Of a stretch of DNA of 64,000 nucleotides, positions 1 through 12,764 are shown in pieces. Positions within the stretch are counted from its first letter, which is position 1. The number at the start of each line of letters is the position of its first letter. The notes beneath the pieces are model-generated. The model saw nothing but the letters and a program-made list of their open reading frames with translations, was not told the origin of the DNA and ran no database searches. This DNA is from Octopus sinensis. Lineage: Eukaryota. The position numbers and the translations under genes were made by a program. The stretch covers positions 188,728,001 through 188,792,000 of the forward strand of contig NC_042997.1 of assembly GCF_006345805.1 (NCBI RefSeq). Direction: 5' to 3'.

Positions 1-1827
1 TTGCTCCATCTTCTCACATTTTTACTTCTGTTTATACAACAAATGCCAGTTCTTAAGAATTCGTTAAGCAAAACTTTGTGATACTTTGAAGTTTCTGAAT
101 AAATTTAAGTCTACTTATTAAGTTCTTTGTTCAGTTAATGTTACATTGTTTTTTATGTAATTAAAAACCCCTTTATTAATAAAGTAGCTACCTTTCTTTG
201 ACAGAGCACATTTTCAATATATTCTAAAACAAAAGATCAAAAGGTACAACAACAAATACCCTTTCTGATGAAAAACAGCCTGGTACATTCACAAAAAGTT
301 TATCTTAAATGTTTGTTTACTACAGAAAACTGAAAGTTTCATCAAAAGGATTAAGCAGAGAAACTACTTCTTTAAAAAAAATCATTTGAAAACAAATATG
401 GCCTCAAAATAATAAAATGCCATCCACTTAATATTCTACTAGAACCATTTCAGAACCATCTTTTTCTTATGATCAAGAACATTAAATTCAGAAGAAACAT
501 CAACCTTTCCCAAAATGAACTTCAGAATCAGATTAATAAGTTAAAAACTAACAACAACATGTTTGTTAACTGCAACAAAACAAACGAAAAAAAAAATTCA
601 ATGAACAAACCTACCATCATTTTCTGTCCAATTCCATTAGAATATTATAAAAGAAAATATTTTAAAAACTATGTTATTTTAAATGCTGTTTCTACTAGTA
701 TTAAGAAATATTGTTACTGAATTATATCGACACAGAAGATAGAACTGATATATTTGTTACAATGGAACCCAATTTTACTTACAAAATATTATTTTAAAAA
801 TGTATTTGAATTCATTATCTCTAAAATTAAATACTAATTACAATTACTGTTTTTGTAACTATAATTACAGTTCTATTATGTAAAGATTCACTCAATCCAA
901 AATCAAAATTATTGCCAGTTCTTCCAGTATGACATTTGTGATTACTAACTTATGACAACTGAAATGATTCTTAGAGCTGCCCCCAACTTTTAAATATAAA
1001 TATACATCCACTTGTAAATCCATAACCATTCCCTACAAAATTATACAATTTTTCTACCTCTATTTTTTTCTTTTTTAAATTCTATTCTCATGTTACTTTT
1101 TTTTATACATTTTCATTTGAGTGTGTTTGTGTGTGTGTGAGAGAAAGAGAAAGAGAGAGAGAGAGGTGGGGGCACATACACACTCATGTGCAAAAAATTT
1201 ACAGGATGTTTATGTGTTTACAGCTATATGCATTTATGCATATGTGCGAATGTGCATTTATGTTTATATACGTATATATAAACTGAATGAGAAGTGAAAG
1301 GAAAGGAGAATACTGCAAACAGAAAAGTGTGAAGGAAACAAATAGCTCACTGCAAGATTCGAGAACTTAACTGTTTACATCAACAAGTCTCTAAATTAAC
1401 AAACAAAAAGAGAAAAACCTACTGATTTGATGTTATCCATGATCAATAAAGATGCTTGAAGAAACCAAACAAAGTCAGTTTTTAGACACTGGATGTCCTA
1501 TTATATTGCATTTCAATTACCATTTGCCAACAGATGGGAGGTATCAATTGAGATGAAAATACACAAAGTGGATTACCTCTCTCCATAAATATCAACAGAC
1601 TATAGAAAAACATTTGATAACAGGATACTATCTTTCCATGGAAAAGGAATAATGAATTTAGAAAGTACTAGCTATGACTTTGTGACAGACTACCCAAAAT
1701 TTACAGGAACTGCTATAGGCAAACACTCACAGGTAAACTCAGCAGTAAGTTAAAAAGCTTTGTTATTATATTGCATGATATAAGATTAACTCTAAGTTTA
1801 CACTAAAACCAAAAACTGTGGGTTTAA

Positions 1828-2047
1828 CCCTTTAGTGTTTAAACTGGCCATATCAGACCAAAATTATCTTCCTGTTTTATGCCCAAACCAGCCAGCTTTG
1901 ACCTCTCACACCTACCCTACAAAGTCATTTTAAAAATAAACAGGGGCATCATCAAAATCTCAGAGTTACAAGATACTGTACAATTAATTTTAAACAATGT
2001 GATTAAACAGGCTTTACATTTGACAGAGTAATCTGAAAGCTAAAGGG
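1828..2047 (-). mobile_element. piggyBac-type MITE family 1
   Basis: TTAA-CCCTTTAG...CTAAAGGG-TTTAA termini, ~220 bp, homologous to the copies at 36060, 49493 and 57074. Confidence 0.8.
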
Positions 2048-2216
2048 TTTAATGCTACCAAGATCATAAATGTTTTTCCTTAGAATGATCTAGAGTCATT
2101 CAAGGGAGAGGGAAATTTAGCCTGTAAATAAGTAGCACGTCCACAATGGTACTATAATTGAATGAGCTACAAAGTGAGTACTGTGCAAACATGAAATTTA
2201 AAACAGATTTGATATA

Positions 2217-2440
2217 TATTTCTTTACTACTCACAAGGGGCTAAACACAGAGGGGACAAACAAGGACAAACGAATTAAGCCGATTACATCGACCCCAGTG
2301 CGTAACTGATACTTAATTTATTGACCCCGAAAGGATGAAAGGCAAAGTCGACCTTGGCGGAATTTGAACCCAGAATGTAACGGCAGACGAAATACAGCTA
2401 CGCATTTCGCCCGGCATGCTAACGTTTCTGCCAGCTCGCC
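2217..2440 (-). mobile_element. tRNA-derived SINE family A (tail type A1)
   Basis: Near-full copy of the ggcgagctggcagaaacgttagc...gttcaaattccgccgaggtcgactttgcc...gtaaagaaata repeat. 11-bp direct repeat gatttgatata at 2206-2216 and 2452-2462. Confidence 0.9.
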
Positions 2441-2946
2441 ACATTCACGCTGATTTGATATAACCAGTGAAACTCTTCTGAAAGTTGTTGCAAAACTACT
2501 GAATGGAAAATCATCTGGTAGTTCAGATATTGATGTAAGAAGCTCACATACAGTACATTATATTTATGCATGTACATATATAATGGATGTTCATCAGTTT
2601 CAATGATTAACATTCAATTGTTCATCCAAGTGGACAGCCTGTTCATTGAACTAGTGCACAAGCAGCTAATCATTCATTGACACATAGGACTTTAGCAAAA
2701 TTCTCAGGAAGAACCAGCAAAACTCAGTGTGACAAGGGTTTAAGTTTCCCCACTCTACACAATTTGACTCAGACACATGCCAAAAATGCCTTACAGTGAG
2801 ATTGAAGGTGGGGCTTTGTGATTGCAAAGGAAACTTCTTAACCATTTAGCAGTGTGTGTATGTGATGCAAGGGTGTATGCATATATATATATATATATAT
2901 ATGTATACATGCATGTCTGCATATGTATATATCTTGCTTTATATTC

Positions 2947-2979
<33 letters not shown>

Positions 2980-3105
2980 CACACACATACATACAGAGAC
3001 ACACAGATAGACACACATGCACGTATGCATGCATGTATACATACATTTTATGTATAAAAGCCTCTGACTTCTTCTATCCAAAAGTGTTTTTAACCTAATA
3101 TTTAC

Positions 3106-3142
3106 CTGTTGTTATTTAAAGCTTTATCTACTTCATGTTCTA
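3106..3142 (-). CDS. Candidate small exon (37 nt, phase 1-2): EHEVDKALNNN
   Basis: aaattcatttttaacag | 37 nt | gtaaat. Only the phase-1 frame is open, which matches the phase of the upstream candidate exons. Confidence 0.35.
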
Positions 3143-3957
3143 CTGTTAAAAATGAATTTATGTTCTCTTGCAGTTTCTAAATTCTTCCAAAAATTCCAGC
3201 CCACTATTTGAAAATTGTTTTAAATCTTGGGAAAGCAACAATCAAGAAACAATGCAATAATCAAAACAGTACACCACAAATGTAGAAAATCTACATTGCA
3301 AAAAGTAATATAAAGACAAATCAGTGAGAATTTAACAGACTGTCAATGAAAATCAAGATTATGAAATATTGGGTTATCTAAGAACTGCTCGCAGTTTCTC
3401 TTTTTAGAATATTTCCTTCCTACAATTTAAAACAGTGTTTATCTTTTTACTATATTTTCTTAGGATTTTATTTCCAAAAAATGATTTTGAATTATTTATT
3501 CACACGCGCACATGTGTGAGTGTGTTTATATGTATATGTTTATATATGTGTGTATATTTATACATATGAATATATATGTATGTATTATGAAGTAAATTTA
3601 ATATTAATAATTTTTTGTATTTGAATTCCTTTTTCATTGTTAATGAAATGTGACATGTTTACATTCAGAATAAAACATTTAAATGATGTATAATTATGTA
3701 TTTTACTCAGTGGATAAAAAGCATCATGACACAGTTATTAATGATATATTTGGTATAAAGATGAATTTGCAGACAATATATTGATTCATGATGTAATTAC
3801 TTTGTGATGAAATTCAAATTTAATGAAATTACAGGTGATGTATTTAACATGATGTTTTTATCTGTGATGAATTTACCTGATAACACTTCAATGCATATAT
3901 ATGAATATAAGCAAAAAAACAAGGAATGTAACATTTAAAGAAATAGTGTACACAATT

Positions 3958-4372
3958 GCATAAAGAAGTGCCAATCGCTTAAAGTGGATGGAACTTGTGG
4001 AACAGGGAGACCCAGAAAGACTTGGGACAAAGCCTTGAAGGTTAATCTGAAGACGAGTCTCACGAAAGAGATGACAAAGGACTGAGGTATCTGTTGCCTT
4101 GCTGTATGCAAGGAGACTCATCTGCCACAGCAGAATTGATACCAATACTGATGTTATATAAAAATCACTTATGTTGGTGGTCCCCATTAAAAGCACTGGT
4201 GCTGGTGCCTCATAAAAAACACCCAGTACATTCTGTGGAGTGGTTCGCCTAAGGAACGGCATCCAGTCATAGAAATCATGCCAGAACAGACAATGGAGCC
4301 TGGTGTGGCCCCTGGCTTTATCAGCTCCAGTCAAACCGTCCAACCCATGCCAGAATGGAAAACAGACATTTG

Positions 4373-4404
<32 letters not shown>

Positions 4405-4418
4405 GGTGGTGGTGGTGA
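3958..4418 (+). mobile_element. 5'-truncated RTE-clade LINE (ORF C-terminus + 3' UTR + (GTT/GGT)n tail)
   Basis: Translates IKKCQSLKVDGTCGTGRPRKTWDKALKVNLKT (RTE G-R-GRPRKTW motif), followed by the RTE 3' UTR. Confidence 0.8.
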
Positions 4419-4514
4419 TCTTATAGCTCACACTCAACTAAATGCAAAAAGACAACAAACATGATGGAAAAGTGAGCTGTAACAACCCATGTTCAATTAA
4501 AGTAAATAAGGTCC

Positions 4515-4860
4515 AGACATGGTTATTGCAATTAAGAAACTCACTTTGCAAACCACATGGTCTCATGTTCAATCCTACTACATGGTATGTTTGGCAAGTG
4601 TTTTCTACTATAGCCCAGAATCCGACCAATCCGCCGTGTGTGTGTGCATCCATTTGCTCTATCATTGCTTGATAAGATGTTGGTTTATTTACATTCCCAT
4701 AACGTATTGATTTGGCAAAAAGGGCCGATAGAATAAGTACCAGACTGTAAAAAAAATAAGTACTTGGGTTGATTTGTTTGACTAAGCCTTTCAAGATGAC
4801 AACCCAGCATGGCTGCAGTCCAATAACTAAAACAAGCAAAAGACAAAAGACAAAGAAATG
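4515..4860 (+). mobile_element. tRNA/CORE-type SINE family B (OR1/OR2-like), diverged
   Basis: Head ...ggcaagtgttttctactatagcc, short (TG)n, tail gatagaataagtacc...cagcatggc..aaacaagcaaaaga. Confidence 0.75.
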
Positions 4861-5457
4861 TTTTTTTTTTTTATAAAAAGAATAGTCAAGAGATGGCATA
4901 ATAAGCATAATAAGCTAAAATTCAATAGCTGCATGGAGCCGAGCAAGTTAAATAAATGACCAGTATGTAGCACCATCATCAGTGAAGTCAGAATGACGAC
5001 AACTCAAATTGTCTATTTGACCAAATTTTTGATGTTGTATCACCTTGTTATAAAATATCATACATCAAGCATAAACAAGAGCTTCTGTGATGCTTAATAG
5101 GTAAGATGTAAATTTGAGTTGCAGCCAACTCCCAACCTCATTAATTATATCTCATAACAATTATTCATTAATATAGACATTATTAATAAATGTAAGTGAA
5201 TAATTGTCATCGCATATAACAGAGTGCACAATCAGAAAAAAAAATACCAAAAAAAAAAAACTAGAGGTATATACTATTAATGGGATTTCAAGACAACTCA
5301 CAACATCTCAATGCAAATGTCAAAGGACAGTATGCACAACAAACTTAGGTTATTCTAAAGATTTTACATCTTGAAACATGAAAATTAATTTACAATAACC
5401 ACTTAATGCAATCATAAGTCTGTAGTCTACCCGTGTGTGTGCGTGCATGGTATTTAA

Positions 5458-5686
5458 GGCGGCGAGCTGGCAGAAACGTTAGCATGCCGGGCAAAATGCT
5501 TAGCGGTATTTCGTCCACAGCTGCATTCTGAGTTCAAATTCCGCCGAGGTCGACTTTGCCTTTCATCCTTTCGGGGTCAATTAAATAAGGACCAGTTACG
5601 CACTGAGGCCAATGTAATCGACTTAATCCGTTTGTCTATCCTTGTTTGTCCTCTGTGTTTAGCCCCTTGTTGGTAGTAAAGAAATA
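5458..5686 (+). mobile_element. tRNA-derived SINE family A (A1)
   Basis: Full copy. TSD ggtattta at 5449-5456 and 5687-5694. Confidence 0.9.
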
Positions 5687-6276
5687 GGTATTTATGCAGT
5701 GTGCTACATATCCCAGGGCCCCATTAAATTACAGGTATAAACCTGAACTTGTGATCTGTATAGAGTACAGATTTCTCAACAGTCCAGTATGGGTGTTCTC
5801 TTTTTTACTGATCATCAGCTTTATGTTAACATCCGCTGGGCAGCTAATTTCCACAATTGTGCTCAGTGTCTCTACTCTATCCTAAATCATTAATTATATC
5901 AGGTCTGTTTTGTTTACATTTTATTGCAGTCTTCACTGAGACATTCCACCAGTACTCCTTTTTATAATGAGTGGCTATGGCTTCAACCATATAGTGGGTT
6001 CTTATTTCTTTGTCCTCAGGGTTATCCTTCTGACAGATTTCATTAGAGTATCCTAGCTACATCATGTCTCATCTGTAAATAATACTATGATGACATTTTC
6101 AGACAACTGCTTATGATGTGGGTGATATCTTCAGTGTGAACTCCACAAAGTTTGCATCAGTTGTCACATTTTACTGCTTTTCCTGTATTTCTATCCCTTC
6201 TGTGCATCAGGTACATGGTTGCTATTTCCTACTCTTGGATTGGAAATGCATACCGTTCAAAGTAGGAGGTAGTAAT

Positions 6277-7479
6277 CTGGTTTCTACAGCTGGATACCCT
6301 TCCTAATGCCAGCCACTTTACAGAGTGTACCAGATGCTTTTTTTTTTTTTTTTTGTGGCACCAGCAGTAGTGAGACAAGGCCCCTCAAATAAAGGAGATA
6401 CATGGCTACCTCTGTAGCAGAGCAGGAGGAGTAGGGTCTCAAAGGTGTCAAGAGAGAGTAGGAGTAGTGAACTCAGGTGGGGGGACAGGAGAGTTGTTAG
6501 GGAGATGGGTAATGGGGAAGAGATTTGTCATGAACAGTTTATATGCAGGGGCATGGACATAAAGGCATGTCTTTATGGCCTTGATTTTACTTAGCTGGAT
6601 GGGTTTTCTTAAGCACAGCAAATAGCCAATCATCTCAGTCCTTTGTCATCTCTGAGACGTTCAATATCTTAAGATCATTTTTTACTACTTTGTCCCACAT
6701 CTTTCTGGTTTCCCTTCACATTTAGAGATTAGCACCTTTTTTTAGGCAGCTGCCCCCATGACCATACTAGCACAGCCTTCTCTTTTGCTCACTGAACCTG
6801 ATGTCTCTTATACACAATTTTTCTGTCAAGACATTTACACTCTGTTATACATGCACACTGGTATTGCACATCCAACAGAGCATGCTGACCCCATTTCTTT
6901 CAAGCCTTCATATGCCCTCTGCAATTACAGCCCACATTTCACTACCATGAAGCAAAGACATTTGTACACAAGCATTGTACAATCTGCCTTTCGCTCTGAG
7001 GGAGAGGCACTTTGTTATCAATAAAGGTAATAGATCTCTGAACTTTGCTCAGCTGGTTAGCAACTATGCTTTCAGAGAGCATCCTCCTCCACTGCTAATT
7101 TGATCACGTAGGTAATGAAAACTATTTACTACTTCTAAGGATCCCACTGGCTATTAGAGGAAATCTATTTTCTGTGAGAACTTAGTGTTTATTGTTCTTG
7201 CACATCTGCCATACACAAAGACTATTTTTTCTGTTAACCTTCCTATGATTCCACTGAACTTTTTGTGTCCATAATGAGTACACCATATAAAATTTCTACC
7301 GATACTTTTTCTATATATCAAGCAAGGCCATTTCTCTGAAGGGATTAGTAATTTGTCTGCTTTCCTGCTTACTAGTACTTTGGTCTTTTTGATTCCAGGC
7401 CTTACTTCCACACCTGAAAGTTCTCTAATTCTACTAAAGATTCAGATATAAGAACAAGGTCATAAACATAGAGAAACTC
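6277..7479 (-). mobile_element. Decayed RTE LINE (RT C-terminal half to 3' UTR)
   Basis: EFLYVYDLVL (LYADD-like), KTKVLVSRKADK..WPCLI, downstream RTE C-terminal remnants and 3' UTR. Confidence 0.8.
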
Positions 7480-7987
7480 ATATGGACAACTAGTTTTAAC
7501 TTTCTCAGTTATAGCCTGTATAAAAGAAATTGATTTATGCATTGAAAGGTTAGCTGACTAAAATAATATAGTAATTAATAATTATACCTATCATATATTC
7601 AGTATGCATATACATTTGCTATAGGTAAAAGAAAAAAATTGCTCAAATTATGATTCTTGTGACAATGACTACTAAAAATTAGAGAATATTGTTCTCTTGT
7701 ATAATATACACAAACTTTTCTTTGGTATGATGTTTGGGGAAAAAAAAAAGTATTTAGTCAGATTTATTATAATTGCTGTATCAAACAGTTTGGTAAAGTT
7801 GAGATATCCTAAATGAAACCAAAACACTTCAAGTGACCTTTGACCCTTACCAGTGTAGGCTATAAAAGTGCACCTGCTGTAAAGTCAACATTATAGAAAT
7901 CACTTTTTTTCTTTCTTTTTTTTTTAAGTGCATACTATACTCAAAACACTGGATTATATATTATAGAATATAACACACACACGCTCG

Positions 7988-8036
<49 letters not shown>

Positions 8037-8344
8037 CAGTATCATGAGTTTTAAAATTTACAGAATAATAACATGTGTGCAATATGAATCTGATACTGCT
8101 GACTAAAAGTTAAATATTAGAGATTGAAATATCCTGCAGATAATCTGAATATACGAACTTGAGCCTAAAGCTTTGAACATTTCAAATTAAGCAAGAAAAG
8201 AAAAAGAAAACTATCATGAAAGTTTATTACAAAGTATTCAAAATGCATTTTTGAGGATAATGCAGTAAAGATGCTTTCTAAAAGAATTGTATTTCTTAAA
8301 ACTTTAAAAGCACAAGCCAGAGGATTTTTAATCTAATAGTTTCA

Positions 8345-8382
<38 letters not shown>

Positions 8383-8995
8383 TGCATGCATGCATGTGTG
8401 TGTGTGTGTTATGCGGAATGTTCTGTTTTTAGCCACTCAAAAGTAGTAGGTTTTTTTAAAAAAAATAACAGCAAACAAATATAAAAATGGTAGAATGTAG
8501 AATGATGCCTGAGAAGTTACTTTTGAAAATTCACAATGAAACAGCAGAGAAAAATGTCGAAGAAATGAAGTGAATAATTTCCAGTAAGCAAATTCAATCT
8601 ATGATGGATAAAATTTTTTAAAAACTACAAGGAAAAGAAAATACAATTAGATCAGAAACAGATAATAACCATATTTTAATGGTAATGATGCTTATCCACT
8701 GTTGAGATTTATACATTAATACTAATAATGTCTAAGCTTGTTAACATGAAATAAATAATATTTTGAAAACAGAAATATAAAATGAAAGTATGACCCAATA
8801 ATATATTAATTTAATTGATGGTAGCATAGAGAGAGATAACAAAAATAAGATGATATAGTATAATGTGCCTGTTACTGAACAAGACAATTTCACTATAGTG
8901 AATATAAATCTCATATTTGCAAGTTGAGATGTAGTGATGTCGACCGAAACTTCCATCACATTAAAATTAATTAAGCAGCTCCAGTTCCTTGGTAC

Positions 8996-9397
8996 GAAAA
9001 CAGTGAAAAATAAATCCTAGCTCCTGAGAGAAAAGTTGTCTATCGAAAGTAACAATGGATCTCCAGCAGTTTTGATTATGCGGATTCGGTTGGTTGATCA
9101 ACCCAATTACTTTTTCACTGAATTGGCATGAACATAGCTGAGCATACCGCAGACACATGTACTCTTCATGTAATTCTCAGATGAACCAGCATGCTAACAA
9201 AGTTGTACTTTTGATTATGGGTACAAGCTTTCCAATGAGATTATAGGTACAAGCTGTCTAATGAGATTCTGCCTGATTTCACAAGGCTTGGGTTGACCTG
9301 AGTCAATGTAAAAGACACATGCCCAAGAGACCATGGAGTGGAATCAAACCCAGGACTTTGAGATTATGAAGCAAACTTCTTAACCATTCAGTTATGC
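8996..9397 (-). mobile_element. SINE with family-B-like head and a third body type
   Basis: Head remnant (aagacacatgcccaag...aaacttcttaaccattcag) joined to a body also seen at 2620-2740 and 10290-10420. Confidence 0.55.
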
Positions 9398-12300
9398 TGC
9401 AAACTATAACAAGAAACTGCTAGGTAAACAGATGCAATACATAAAAAAAATATTCTGGTTACAAACATGATGAAATATCTACAATGAATCTGAATACACA
9501 AATTATGAGCCAGCTGATAGTCCAAACCATATACATTAGATCATTCCACTCCAACATGAATCCCTTTGGAAGTTAATAAAATTAGAATCAAGTTAATTAA
9601 GAAGTAACTAATTTCCTATGCTAGGAATACTTTAGTTATCCAACCCCCCAAAATCTATTTGTATCTGACTTTTATTAACATTAGTCCTCACAAAGTATTG
9701 CATTAGTTTTGTACAATACATGCCGCATTGTATAATCTCTTGTTTATCTATAATTGATGACAAGAATCATACAGTTATTTTTGTTTCTCTTCCTAGGTGA
9801 ATATATTTGTTAATTTAGTAAAATACTGGTTCAAAAAGAGAATTGGGAAACTCTGGCATTTGTGTTTTTCGCAAGAGCATTAGAGACTTGAGAAGCTGTT
9901 TGAACTAGATTGGTTTACAAGCAATGAGAATAATATACAAGATCTACAGGTACCTACTGTCCACAATGATCAGGAATCTTCTCTACTACAGCTTTAAAAT
10001 AATCCAATAAGGACATGATGCAATTAGTTGCTGTTTAGTCCTTGCCAACCCTGATCAAAGACACCTATGCCTATGGCATTCCAGACATGATCATCCCGTT
10101 TTATTTTTAGATATTGTGTAGAAATCAGGAAACTATGACTTGGGAAGGAGCATTATTCTTTTTCTTTCTTTTTTTTAAAGATAGTAGTATGTGGTTTGAA
10201 GAAAATGAAGAAAATCTGATTGCTATTATAGCAGGTCAAAACAAGCATAATCAAAGCTCTCTCATTAGTGCAAGACAGAATGAGTTTCAGAGTATCTGAA
10301 TATAGTACTACAGACTGAGAGGTTCTCTCATCAATTGCAATGTATGAGTATTCTAGTTGTTCAGTCAACAAAACTAACAGTTCATTGAGTTGTGATGTTA
10401 AATGACTGAGTGTTCTACAGATTCCAAATGTAAAAATTTTCAGGTAGAATCAACAGTGTCCTTAAATTACCATTACAATTTGAAAAATTCAGGTAAAAAA
10501 AATGAAAAATAAGGATAACTCAGTAGAGTTTATTGGCAAACAAATAAAGATTTATTACAAACATCAGAACTCTTCCACATGGGCTCCACTGGATGCATGC
10601 AACGCATTCAGATGATACAAAAAAGAGTGGGAGTTGAGAAGATAATTTATGAACACCTGTATGATTAAACCAAGCCTTCAATTCCAAGACACAGTCTATC
10701 TAAGAAGTTTCCAAGGGAGTTTCTGCTTAATCTGCATTAGTCTGAAGTCATTTCATAGAAATGACTACAGAACAATGACCCCCATCCCATTATAATTGAA
10801 CAATATAACTGATGATAATAAAACAGAGTGTCACAGTTCCTCTTCTAAAACTTAATTTCTGCTAGATTGGTAAACTGCTTTAAATTATGGAGATGTATGT
10901 CAGAATACAAACAGAATACAAACTTTTAACCTTTCACACAAAAGTTAATATATTATCTACTGATTCCATGTAATTTCCTGTTAGTTAAACCTCGCAGGGA
11001 GATTGCTGAATTAAATATATTGAGATGGAAATTACCAACGTTACATTTAACATAAATACAAGTTGAATCAAATATTTACCTAGTATCAATCCAAAATAAA
11101 TAGTTAAACTAGAATAAATTAACTGTCGAAATATTAATGAATATGCAATCAAAGTGCCTTTAAGCTTATTTAAATAATAATTTAATACACACTTCATTAT
11201 ATAAAATCTTTCAAGAAACAGTATGAATGTGGAAGAAAAACAAAAACATAACTGAATATGAGTTGAATAAAGCTGAAGGGAAAGGCAATTTGAGGAAGCC
11301 TTTGATAACAACAATTATAACATTGGAGGTAGAGAAGAAGAGGAATAAGAGGGCAATTCAGATGTTTTGCAGATATTATTAATATCTTTATAGATGTGAA
11401 AATATTTTTAGCAAATCAGCTAGGATTTACCAACAAAAGATTAAAGCTGGTACAGAAGATTATGTGTTATTACTAATCCATCTTCACCACTTACAAAGAT
11501 AAACAAGTATAAAAATGCAAAAGAAATATAAGAACCACCCACCTCTGCAAATTAGAGTTATGGCGTGAGCATGCACACATATGCACACGTACACACACAC
11601 ACACAATATTTCTCAAAAACAATCAGTTCTTCGATCCAGTAGCAAGATGGGCTGAGACAATGGACAAGTCTGATTTGATGCTGAATAAAGAAGTGGTTTC
11701 CTTTTGCTTTTCCCAGACTCACTGCAAAACTTGAACTTAAAACTACATTGCATCCATTGAAAATTAAATGTCTTGACCATAGGGGTAGCACAATACTAAC
11801 GACTTGATAGAAATTACCAACCCACTGACTGGTAATCCAATTCATTTTCAATTTGGCCTAGCGTGACTCTACAGATAGAGTGCACGTGCACACGCATGGG
11901 CATACACGCAAGCATGCACATACACACACACACACACACACAAATATTAAACAAACATAACATTTTTTCTATCAATTAGCAAAAATAAATTGAAGCAACT
12001 TTCCAATTCAAACTTCTAAAATTAGCATTACATTTAATTCACAAATAAATAAAAAAAATAAACATCTAATTCGTTTTTCTATATCCTACTAAAGATGCCT
12101 CCTCAGATTATTTTTATTGGGTAATTAATAAATTATTGAAATTAAGAATAAACATGTCTAATGAAATGGTCAGATTAATCTAGTACAATTTACTAGCTTC
12201 AGTGATAACCATCAAGGTTAATAAAGAAGCTTCAGAGATGAGTGTGTTAAGTTGAGGATTAGAATCTGTAGCTTAATTTCAATTCTCAGAACAGCTTTCT

Positions 12301-12479
12301 TGTATATTCTTTTGCTCTTTTTACTAATTTCAGCCACTGGACTACAACCATGCTGAAATACTGCTGTTACTTAAGTCGGGTACGTATTTTATTAAGGTCT
12401 GTTTGTCAAACCTCTGGACTATAGGACATAAATGAACACATCATAAACACCAGATTTTAGATTGGCGCACGCACACACG

Positions 12480-12510
<31 letters not shown>

Positions 12511-12562
12511 CCACACACACACACACACACACACACTAATTTATTGGAACAATAATTTGCTA

Positions 12563-12654
12563 GTTTACATTATCTGTTTCGATCAGCTTGATCTATTCAG
12601 AACTAATCAGATTAACTCTAAAATGATCAAGTTGATTGAAACAGATTTATAAAC
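12563..12654 (+). repeat. Imperfect hairpin, 22-bp core stem
   Basis: 12572-12593 pairs with 12625-12646 (two G-U pairs on the + strand), with outer gttta/taaac. Confidence 0.8.
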
Positions 12655-12699
12655 TTGTAAACTATTCTTTAAATAAACTAATATATTTAAATCTACTTC

Positions 12700-12764
12700 T
12701 GAGAGCAAGGACATTCACCAAGTAAAGTATTGAGTACTTTACTTGGTGAATGTCCTTGCTCTCA
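12700..12764. repeat. Perfect 30-bp inverted repeat with 5-nt loop
   Basis: tgagagcaaggacattcaccaagtaaagta-ttgag-tactttacttggtgaatgtccttgctctca. Confidence 0.95.

Noticed and set aside
469-720. 83-aa N/K-rich ORF
   Set aside because: Composition reflects AT-rich DNA; no motif or convincing splice context.
1440-1750. Possible RT remnant (..DYLSP resembling GDSLSP)
   Set aside because: Too decayed to support a call.
5458-5560. tRNA gene-like A/B box sequence in SINE heads
   Set aside because: No cloverleaf or CCA-side acceptor stem; these are SINE heads, not tRNA genes.
8925-8958. gatg tagtga tgtcgacc gaaac ttc catc, hammerhead-like
   Set aside because: The CUGAnGA core is absent and stem III is broken; at best a dead relic.
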